DNA from: Octopus vulgaris
Lineage: Eukaryota
Assembly (NCBI GenBank): GCA_951406725.2
Contig: OX597819.1
Span: forward strand, 13,206,001 to 13,270,000
Length of the DNA: 64,000 nucleotides
Direction of reading: 5' to 3'
The translations under genes and the position numbers were made by a program. Positions 53,287 through 64,000 of the stretch are shown here, one piece after another. How positions within the stretch are numbered: the stretch's first letter is position 1; each line of letters starts with the position of its first letter. Under the pieces are notes generated by a model. That model made no database searches and was not told the origin of the DNA. It saw nothing but the letters and a program-made list of their open reading frames with translations.

Positions 53287-54387
53287 GTAAGTGATTGTAA
53301 TATTTCCAAACATATTATTTTTCTACTTTACTTCCCTGCCAATCTGATATTAACCATTGACCATACTTTCACCCCTGTGTCCCATTCACTGCATCCACCT
53401 TTATTCCCATCTCTATCATTTGTCACACACCCTTCACACTCTTGTAAACTCACCCACCCTTTCTGTTCCTCTATCCCTATTCCCTCTCCTTAAATTCACC
53501 TTTTACCTTGGTGGTACACCCTCATCATCTCTTCCTCTCTTTCCAGCTAGGGAAGCCATGTATCTCCTCTGCATCAAGACACCTGATACTGTCCATCTAT
53601 CATACTTTCACCTGTTAATGCTTAGCATAAAACCACCTCCCTTAACCCTTTCGTTACTGTATTTATTTTGAGATGCTCTGTGTTTCTTTCAATTAATTTT
53701 AAATATAACAAAGAATTTAGTAAAATAACTTAGTTATCATTCAGCTGGTGTTAGGAACATAAATTGTGACTAAGGCTTAGTGGAAGATTTTAATTCAAAA
53801 CTTATGAAAACAAGACATTTGTACTACAGAGCCAGAGGCGGTTTCAGACGGATTGGTAACGAAAAGGTTAATACTCCACCCCTACTCAGTTTGAGGGGTT
53901 TTGTTTTGCAAGTTACTTGGCAACTTCATTTGTGCTGGTTCCACAAAAAAAAAAAAAAGGTAACATGTAGACTCAGTAAAATATTTGGCACTAGGAAAGG
54001 CATCCCGCTAGAGAAACCATGCCAAAGCAGACATTGGAGCTTGGTACATTCCTCGGGCCCATTGGTTCCATGCCAGCATGGAAGTTGGAAATTTTGGGGG
54101 AGGGGGCCAGTCGATTAGATCAACTCCAGTATGCAACTGGTACTTAATCTATCGACCCTGAAAGGATGAAAGACAAAGTTGACCTCTGCAGATTTTGAAC
54201 TCAGAATGGAACAAAGAGTGAAATACTGCAAAGCATTTCGTCCCACGTGCTAACAAATCTGCCAGCTTGCTGCCTTGATGGAAGTGAAATAATGACAATG
54301 ACTACAACAGTCTTAGAAGTTGTTAAAGCAAAAATTGTCATGGACATTGTTCTCCCCTCACTTATTAAGCAAGAATTTCAATAAATC

Positions 54388-54936
54388 TACGAGGGTGAGT
54401 CAAAAAGTAATGGCATTTTGTTTAGGACAGGTATAATTACCAACAAAGGAACATGTACCTCTGTGGATCACATCCCTACTTCTCAACATAGTCACCGTTT
54501 CTCTCAATAGCAATGTTCAACCTTCGTAGGAGAGCATGTATCCCTACCCCATAAAATTCTGTTGACTGTTCTTTGAGCCACTTCTTCACTACAGTTTTCA
54601 CTTCCTCATCACTGGAATAATGTTTGCCTCTCAAACCCTCTTTCATGGGGCCAAAGAGATGATAGCTTGAAGATGCTAAATTATTCCAGTGACAAGGAAG
54701 TGAAAACTGTAGTGAAGAAGTGGCTCAAAGAACAGTCAACAGAATTTTATAGGGCAGGGATACATGCTCTCATTCGGAGGTGGAACATTGCCATTGAGAG
54801 AAACGGTGACTTTGTTTAGAAATAGGGATGTGATCCACAGAGGACCAACTTCATTTTGATGTATGATACATGTTCCTGTGTTGGTAATTATACCTGTCCT
54901 AAACAAAATGCCATTACTTTTTAACTCACCCTCGTA
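54388..54936. mobile_element. Mariner foldback element made of two inverted 3' ends
   Basis: TA-CGAGGGTGAGTCAAAAAGT...ACTTTTTAACTCACCCTCG-TA; arms encode the transposase C-terminus EVKTVVKKWLKEQSTEFYRAGIHALIRRWNIAIERNGD. Confidence 0.9.
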
Positions 54937-55083
54937 TTAAACTAATTATAATATTCACAAATAGATGTAAAGCCTTTTCAAAAGTATTTATTTTTTAGCT
55001 TTTTCACTTTGCATGTTCATTAAAATATTTGTTCATTTAATTAAGCTAATTGTGTTTTTGTTTTTCTTTTCTACTATTTACAG

Positions 55084-55094
55084 GTTATCGAAGA
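55084..55094 (+). CDS. PLEKHG1: RhoGEF 11-nt microexon: (G)YRR
   Basis: ctaat branch point, long T-rich tract, cag acceptor, gtgagt donor; converts phase 1 to phase 0 as the next exon requires. Confidence 0.6.
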
Positions 55095-55408
55095 GTGAGT
55101 ATTGAAAATATATTTCTTCTCTTTTAATACCAGGGTGATTAACTTGGGGAATTTATTCATAATATTTTGAATATTTTTGCAGTTGAAATTCTGAAAACAT
55201 TTGCACTGATAATATTTTTATACTCCACCTTCTCACCAATTATGTTTAAGGAGTTCCTTCGTTTAGTCTCAAATATAAATTAGTTTATTTTCCTTTTTTT
55301 TTTCCTTTCTGAAATGTTTTCATAATTATAATCCTTTCTACTATAGGTACAAGACCTAAAATAATAATAATAATAATGATAATGATAATAATAATGATAA
55401 TGATAATT

Positions 55409-55853
55409 GAAATTGAATTCAAAGATAGGAAATGCTGAAACTTTCAAACTTGAATCAGAATAACTGTGTTTCTTTCTAAGTAAAATGACATCATCAGTCT
55501 TTAGTCTTTCACAGAAGGAAGGAAAGAAGAAAGCAAAAAGAAAGAAAAGAATTGGAGAAAAAATTATTCAGTCAAAAAGTTTTGTATAAATCTGGTGGAA
55601 TTCACCTGCCATTCTATTAAATTCCTTCAGGCTGAGATGTCACCAGTTCACAAATATATCTAAACTTTTTGACTGAGTAATTTTTTCTCCAATTCTTCTC
55701 TTTCTTTTCATTTTCTTCTTTCCTTCCTTCCTTCCTTCTGCTACCTTTTGTGAAAGACCAAAGACTGATGATGTCATTTTACTTAGAAAGAAACACAGTT
55801 ATTCCGATTTAATTTTGAATGTTTCAGTGTTGCCTATCTTTGAATTTATTTTC
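55409..55853. repeat. Long inverted repeat (arms about 180-200 bp) between (AAT)n tracts
   Basis: 55409-55588 is reverse-complementary to 55655-55853. Confidence 0.85.
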
Positions 55854-58043
55854 AGTTTGTATTTTGAACTTGTAAAAGACACACAGAGTGTCAAAATATT
55901 GTTTCATCTAATAATAATAGTAATGATAATAATGATAATAATAATAATAATAATAGTAATAATGATTTGTATTATTGGCCACAAGAGCCCAGGACATTGA
56001 GGTCTTCATCAAAAAATGAAATATTGCAGGCAAAACTCTGGAGTAATAATAATGATCTTATTGTGTAAAGATCCCAAATGCTCTACAATTCATCAGAAAA
56101 GGTTGAAAGAGGGGACAGAAAGGAGATGCATATGTCAAGTAAAAAAAAGATAGCAATGAAAGCTAAAAACACATGCACAGTACACAGAATAAAGCAGAAA
56201 AAGAGAGAAAAGTGAACATTAAAAGAGTCAGGAAGAAGAAAGGGTGCAAGGAGTAATGTTGGTGAATTTCAGGAAGCATGGGATTTTTGAAGGGTGCAGT
56301 GTCCTTATAACTAACAACTGGTGTGGGTAGTTTTATGCTTTGGCTAATTTGAGTGTGAAAAGTTTTGAAAAGTTGTGGGCGCTGCAATGTTTTTATATTT
56401 TCTTTCATATCAGCATGTCCATGAGTGATAGAGATACGGAATTCAAAGAGTATCGTCAATGTGTGATATCTATAATATAGATACTGAATTCCAACAGTCA
56501 TCATCAGTGTGTGATATTTCTAATATCATACACAAGCTCATTTTAAATACCATGGTATTTTAACCATTTGGCTAACAAGACAAATTTGGATACAGTTCCA
56601 GTTTACATTCAGAGATTATATAAATCATTTCCTTGTTTTGAGAGAAGGAAAAGAATAGTCCAAGCCTATTTTCAGTAAGGAACAATACTCTGGACAGATG
56701 GGATTGGTATGGCTGGAATGTCTTTGATCATGGGTTTACTCAATTTGAGTTGATCCAGAACAAGACAATAACAACAACTCTCTACATAGAATACCAATTT
56801 ATTTCCAATAACTTTTACAGAAATTCTTATTTCTTATTTCTTTACTACCCACAAGGGGCTAAACACAGAGGGGACAAACAAGAACAGACAAACGGATCAA
56901 GTCAATTATATTGACCCAAGTGCATAACTGGTACTTATTTAATCGACCCCGAAAGGATGAAAGGCAAAGTCGACCTCGGCGGAATTTGAACTCAGAACGT
57001 AGCGGCAGATAAAATACTGCTAAGCATTTCGCCCGGCGCGCTAACATGTCTGCCAGCTCGCTGCCTTTATAAAATTTACTTCTACAGAAATTCTGGTAAT
57101 CATTCCCAAGTTATCTGTAAACTAAAACATGTAGGATACATGTCTTTCTCAGAAAGATGAGGTAACATTTGTCATGAGACAAAGTAACATAGTCCATGAG
57201 CATATATCCACTTGGCTTTTAAAGAAAATGACAGAGCCTCTGTGGGTGCTTGACTACTACAGTTGACCCTCTCTCATATTACACCCTACCATCTTAAAAA
57301 ACAGAAAAGGGCACATGAGATAATATAGCCCTGGAGACCCCTAAAAATATAGGATGGTCAAGACTGGATAGCATTTGACTGACCATTGGTCTGCAGAATT
57401 AGGGTTGATCTCTGGCTAAACAACAACACTAACTTGATTCTGGTCTTTTTCCTTCTGTATGTGAAGGTCAGTTTATTGTAAATTTTGCTGATTAACTCCT
57501 TTGATGCCCACCCACCCAGGACTTCCTCTGGTTTTAGGATATAAACTTTTTGTTTTGAAATGATCTAAATTAAAACCTGCCATCAATATTTTGTGTTTAT
57601 TTAAGTTGCAAACATCAGCTTAATAACGAGAAAATTTTCTTGTTAAATTCTTCGTTAGTTTAAAAATGAATTAAAACAAAAACCAATGTATTTTAACTGA
57701 AAGTATTCACAAAAGGGATTAGAACTCAGCATCCCAAGCTGAAACGCAAGATTTAATTTTAAACATTATCTACATCAGTGAATATATCAACTACTCCATT
57801 GTACCTATCAATGTAGAATGTAGCACATTACTCTTTACTCTATTACTTGTTTCAGTCATTTTGACTGCGGCCATGCTGGAGCACCGCCTTTAGTCGAGCA
57901 AATCGACCCCGGGACTTATCCTTTGTAAGCCCAGTGCTTATTCTATCGGTCTCTTTTGCCGAACCGCTAAGTGACGGGTACGTAAACACACCAGCATCGG
58001 TTGTCAAGCAATGCTAGGGGGACAAACACACACACACACACAC

Positions 58044-58082
<39 letters not shown>

Positions 58083-59059
58083 CATACATACATACATACA
58101 TACATACATACATACATACATACATACATACGACAGGCTTCTTTTAGTTTCCTTCTACCAAATCCACTCACAAGGCATTGGTTGGCCCGGGGCTATAGCA
58201 GAAGACACTTGCCCAAGATGCCACGCAGTGGGACTGAACCCGGAACCATGTGGTTGGTTAGCAAGCTACTTACCACACAGCCACTCCTGCGCCTATTATC
58301 CGTAAGAAATTATAAACTTCCAGGCTGCCATGTTCTGTCGATCACAGCTGCTTGTTGTGTTGATGGATAAACAAATGAGAAGTTAAATAAGTCACAAACA
58401 CCATCCATCTGAAGCGAGCAGAGACAGTCTGTGTCAGCAATTAGTTGGACTATAAACAGCAGAATAAATTAGTTTATCATGATGTGGTTTTATTTATTCC
58501 ATTGAGACCGGCTCACAGCTGCAACTAGAAAAAAGTTCTGAGCTGTTGGCTTTGCAGTTTATAAAGAGACAGTCTAAAGTTTTAAGCAGTAAAGATCCCA
58601 AATGCTCTATAATTAATCAGAAAAGGTTGAAAGAGGGGACAGAAAGGAGATGCATATGTCAAGTAAAAAAAGATAGCAATGAAAGCTAAAAACACATGCA
58701 CAGTACACAGAATAAAGCAGAAAAAGAGAGAAAAGTGATAATATTGATAATATTTCATTCTAAAAATATGAATAGGGTCTTCCAAACACCGAATGGCTAT
58801 GAGGGTCTACCCACATAAAATAAGGACCAAAGGGGTTTATAGGTAAAAAAAATGGTTGAGAGCCCCTGGGTTATTGTTTAGTTTCAGGTCAGTTTCTCAT
58901 GCTTTACAATCAGAAAACCTTGCAGTTTGATGAAGGTTTTGGCCCAGGATGCTTGTTTTTTTTCTTCTTTCTTTTTTTCCTTCATTGGAAAGGTATGAAA
59001 TATCCTTCATACCTATATCCAGCGACAGAAGTAAAATAGGTCCATTGTTGTTGTTATTG

Positions 59060-59326
59060 TAGTGGTTCTCAACCATGGTCCATATGACCCTTGAGGGTCC
59101 CTATAAGATTTTGCTGTTCAAAATTACATTCAATAAAATTCTTATGCTTTCTACAATAGGTGCCAGAGTTGCTGTGTGGTAAGTAGCTTGCTTACCAACC
59201 ACATGGTTCCGGGCTCAGTCACACTGCGTGGCACCTTGGGCAAGTGTCTTCTGCTATAGCTCAGGGGCCAACCAAAGCTTTGTGAGTGGATTTGGTAGAC
59301 GGAAACTGAAAGAAGCCTGTGATATA

Positions 59327-59395
<69 letters not shown>

Positions 59396-59763
59396 GTGTG
59401 TGTCTGTGTGTGTGTTTATCCCCCCCAACATCGCTTGACAACTGATACTGGTGTGTTTACGTCCCTGTCACTTAGCAGTTCGGCAAGAGAGACCGATAGA
59501 ATAAGTACTAGGCTTACAAAGAATAAGTCCCGGGGTCGATTTGCTCAACTAAAAGCAGTGCTCCAGCATAGCCACAGTCAAATGACTGAAACAAATAAAA
59601 GAATAAAAAAATACACAATATTTCCACAATTTTTATGCATTTTTTGATAATATTTCATTATAAAAATATGATAGGGTCTTTCAAACATCGAATGGCTATG
59701 ACGGTCCACCATAAAATAAGAACCAAAGGGGTTTATAGGTAAAAAAATGGTTGAGAGCCCCTG
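59060..59763. mobile_element. hAT-type MITE interrupted by a family 1 SINE
   Basis: tagtggttctcaacc / ggttgagagcccctg TIRs; 8-bp TSD tgttattg / ggttattg. Confidence 0.75.
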
Positions 59764-61490
59764 GGTTATTGTTTAGTTTCAGGTCAGTTTCTCATGCTTT
59801 ACAATCAGAAAACCTTGCAGTTTGATGAAGGTTTTGGCCCAGAATGCTTGTTTTTTTTCTTTCTTTTTTCTCCTCCTCTTTCTCATCACAAACCAGTTTA
59901 TTCCAGTTTTGAACAGAAAAAGCAGTGACTAAACAAGTAATAGCTTAATTAAATTAGTATTGCAGTAATTTAGTATTAACATAATTAAGTTAAATTAGTA
60001 TCAATATGATTTAAACAAGGAATTATAAGAACAAGTAATAAGCAATTTTGATATCACTGTAGGATGTAGTATAATCTCAGATAAGTAAATATAATGAGTT
60101 GGAAAACATTAATTAGCTGAGATTATCCAAACAATTATTAAACAAGAACTTCCTCTTTGTGAGGGTGGAGGTTAAAATCTAAAAAATAACTTGTTCATTT
60201 TTAGATTTACACCCATTCAAAAGTAGTAGTTGCATGGATAAAAACAACACATTTTAAGACTTCAGACACCCTTAAAGGGAGTTTTTGTTTTCTTATTGCA
60301 TGGATGATGTCGGCCAATCAGTTTTATAATTCATTATATTATATATGCAAAATTTTACTGTTTCCTTAAGAAGAAATAAAGTTAGTTTCAAATATATTTG
60401 GAACCCATAGTTCTTAAATTTGACAGAAAGAGGGAGACCAATACACTGGTGTAAAGGTAACGCATTTAGTCACGTTAACAAAGGGGTGTGGGTTCAAGTC
60501 CCACATGGATAGGAAAGCCTTCTTTTCTCTGTTGAGGACTTATATGCCTCGTTATTAGACTATTTTCCTTAGTCATTGCATGGTGATCGACATAAGCTTT
60601 AAGCTTATATAAAAATACCATATATATATATATTATATATATAATTATAATAATAATTAATTCTTTTATTGGCCACAAGAGCTGACAAAAATCAATAATA
60701 TTAGGGAATATTATTCCAAACTTACAAGGAAAAATTCAATTTAGTAATACTAAATCAAATTTCACAATATATAATATACTAGCAGTATCGCCCGGCGTTG
60801 CTCGGGTTTGTAAGGGAAATAACTATATAAGCATTTTTAGAGAGTTATAGCCAAAAAATAGCAAAAACATGCATTATAAATGGAATAAATGATGGTAAAT
60901 TTTTTTTTAAATCGTAGACTCATCGTAGACGTGCACTAATACCCAGAAGGGCTCGATATGAATCACGACTATAAGATACCCGCTTTTGGTTACACTGCAC
61001 CGCAAAATGTGGGAGTAGTTAGGAATCTAAATTGTAGGAGACAGACACCACACAACTTCAGTTTTAGATATATATAAATTAGAGAAAGACCACCTTTTAT
61101 CAGTTCAATGAAATAACAATGATATAATTAAATTATACCATATAGACAAAAATTAAATATATGATAAAAACATATACCAATAATTAAGTAATGTACAAAA
61201 TATTAAATAAAAAGTATACACATATATATGTATCACTCTACATGTGCGTATGCGTGTATGTATATTTATATATTATATGTTACATTTTCATAGTTATTTC
61301 TTCACATTATTCAGACAACTCAGTGGCCTCTGGTTCTAATTTTTGTTTACAATTTTTGAAACACTCTGTCCCTCTTTCTTCTTTGCCTTTGATATCATCA
61401 ATATCTCACCAGAGCTGAACTTTTTAGCAATGATGCTCAACAGATTTATTTACTTTTGTTAAATATCCAAACCCTTTTTCAATTTTTCAG

Positions 61491-61514
61491 TCGGATCCTG
61501 GCTTTCTCCGTTTA
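61491..61514 (+). CDS. PLEKHG1: RhoGEF 24-nt microexon: SDPGFLRL
   Basis: tttttcag/gtaagt; phase 0-0; the join gives KGYRRSDP, resembling the RRQSEP motif I recall in vertebrate PLEKHG proteins. Confidence 0.55.
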
Positions 61515-63887
61515 GTAAGTAACATCCAGCACCTTGTCATCATCATCATCATCACCATTTCCATTAGTTCTGAAAACAGCTTCAAGTTCTTCCTTTTAAG
61601 ACACTCTATACTTTTATGTTTCACTTCCTTTATTTCTCTAGCATGGGTTAGATGCTTTTATAAATATGAATATTTACATCTAAATTATCGAATTGTATGA
61701 GTGTTGGGTGTATGTCACCGTGCGTGTGTGTGTGTGTGTGTGTGTATGCATGTGTGTGTAGCTGGATTCTGTGTGTGTGTGTGAGTGGATGCTCTTCTTA
61801 ATGCTAAACACTTAGATTCAATGTGGAAGCCGGAAGGAGATTAATACAGTTGCGTGTTTCAAGTAGATGCACAATCCTGGTTTTGTTAGTTTGATACTTT
61901 AATCATGGATTAAGCTTTTAATAATATCAGTAGATGCACAGATGTACTTTTGTATTTGTTTGATCATTCCTTAACCCTTTTGGTACCAGTCTACCTGAGA
62001 CCATCCCTGGTTCTCTGATACAGACTTTTTGTTTTAACCCTTTGGTGTTTAAGCCGGCCATATCCGGCCCAAATATCCTACATGTTTTACATTCAAACTG
62101 GCCATATCTGGCCCCTCACACCTAACCTACATTGACATTCTAAGAATAAACTATCACACCATTGAAACTTCAAAAGCTGTAAGATAATGTAATGATTAAT
62201 TCAAAACAATTTAAGTGAAAAATGTATTACATTTAACAGATTAATCTGAACACTAAAGGATCTAAAAACCTTCAATCAAAATTTCTTGCTAATTCGCTTT
62301 CTAAGCACTGACAAACTTATTTTGCTACATCCTTCATTATTTTCACAATCAATTGAAACCAAGAAGGTGCATTTCATTGGAAATATGGTAACAGAAGGGT
62401 TAACATTCATGTTTGCGATGCAAGTATTGTTACTGCTGTTGTTGTTTAACCCTAGGGCAATCCTGATCAAGCAGGCCTATGATCAAGGGCATTCCTGTTT
62501 ATTTCAGCTTATATTATCCCAGTCTGTGCTTCCTCATCTTTTAGACTGTAGGAGTGTTTGGCTAGTATTTCTAGGTGGTTATGTGGTCATGTAGTGGCTT
62601 CTTTGTAGCTAATGAATATATTCAAAGAGTGGGAAAGAGAGAGAGAGAGAGAGAGTGTCAATGCTGTTCACTGTTAATGTGGAATTTAAACTGTAACTTA
62701 TTGGCTGCATATATATATGACAATGGTCTATAAGAACATCATCATCATCATCATCATCATCGTTTAACATCCGCTTTCCATGCTAGCATGGGTTGGACGG
62801 TTCAACTGGGGTCTGGGAAGCCCGAAGGCTGCATCAGGCCCAGTCAGATCTGGCAGTGTTTCTACAGCTGGATGCCCTTCCTAATGCCAACCACTCCGTG
62901 AATGTAGTGGGTGCTTTTTACGTGCCACCGACACAGGTGCCAGACGAGGCTGGCAAACAGCCACGCTTGGATGGTGCTTTTCACGTGCCAACAGCATGGA
63001 GGCCAGGCGAGGCTGGCGAACGGCTATGCTTGGATGGTGCTTTTCACATGCCAACGGCATGGAGGCCAGGCGAGGCTGGCAACGGCCACGATCGGATGGT
63101 GTTTGTTACAGTTGTAATTTGATCCTCCATAGTCTGATATGATATTTCGGAATGAAAAATTCCTTCTTCAGATATCCCTAGGAGTCACTGCTATAGTCAG
63201 ACTATGGATAACTAAATTACAAGTTAATACAGTCCACTGTTTGTATTATAGTGCATTGTTGTGTCAGTCAAAACATTTTATTCTTTCTAAAGTATTATAC
63301 TAGGCACAGGAGTGGCTGTGTGGTAAGTAGCTTACCAACCACATGGTTCCGGGTTCAGTCCCACTGCGTGGCACCTTGGCAAGTGTCTTCTGCTATAGCC
63401 CCGGGCCGACCAATGCCTTGTGAGTGGATTTGGTAGACGGAAACTGAAAGAAGCCTGTTGTATATATGTATATATATATAAGTGTGTGTGTATATGTTTG
63501 TGTGTCTGTGTTTGTCCCCCTAGCATTGCTTGACAACCGATGCTAGTGTGTTTATGTCCCCGTCACTTAGCAGTTCGGCAAAAGAGACCAATAGAATAAG
63601 TACTGGGCTTACAAAGAATAAGTCCCGGGGTCGATTTGCTCGACTAAAGGCAGTGCTCCAGCATGGCCGCAGTCAAATGACTGAAACAAGTAAAAGAGTA
63701 AAAAGAGAGTATGATAAGCTCAAGTCTTTTGCATTGGTCAACATAATTGTCCAGAAAACCTACATTCCACTTATGGATCCTGCCACATAGAAGAATAGAG
63801 CACTGTTCCATAAAACTCTGAGCAACCAATCTTGCACTTCTCTAAAAATTTACTGTTCAAGAATTTTAGTATTTCAGTTGTGCACCT

Positions 63888-63888
<1 letters not shown>

Positions 63889-63948
<60 letters not shown>

Positions 63949-63960
63949 GTCTGTCTGTCT
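63889..63960. repeat. (CT)n/(CTGT)n microsatellite
   Basis: seen directly; many other (TA)n, (TG)n, (AAT)n and (CAT)n tracts occur across the window. Confidence 0.95.
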
Positions 63961-64000
63961 ATGAATCTGAGTGTGTGAAGAGTGAAAACTAGAAAACTTC

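Overview
AT-rich, repeat-dense animal genomic DNA, most likely an octopus/coleoid cephalopod (inferred from recognised SINE families, not from a database search). The window lies within one + strand gene, a DH-PH RhoGEF of the PLEKHG1/2/3 type. I can join 11 coding exons in frame (18891-61514), ending in three very small exons of 36, 11 and 24 nt; the gene's start and end were not found in the window. The introns hold tRNA-derived SINEs of at least four families, LINE remnants (RTE, CR1/L2, R4/Dong), a dead DD37D (maT) transposase, mariner/hAT/piggyBac/Merlin-type MITEs, Helitron-like elements and satellites. The most striking signal is minimal type-I hammerhead ribozyme motifs in three unrelated repeat families. 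One of these is a composite tRNA-like (Pol III) head + (AAT)n + hammerhead element found at four loci, each time as a head-to-head inverted pair, which suggests a Penelope-mobilised retrozyme/SINE. Everything was read by eye; repeat boundaries are approximate.
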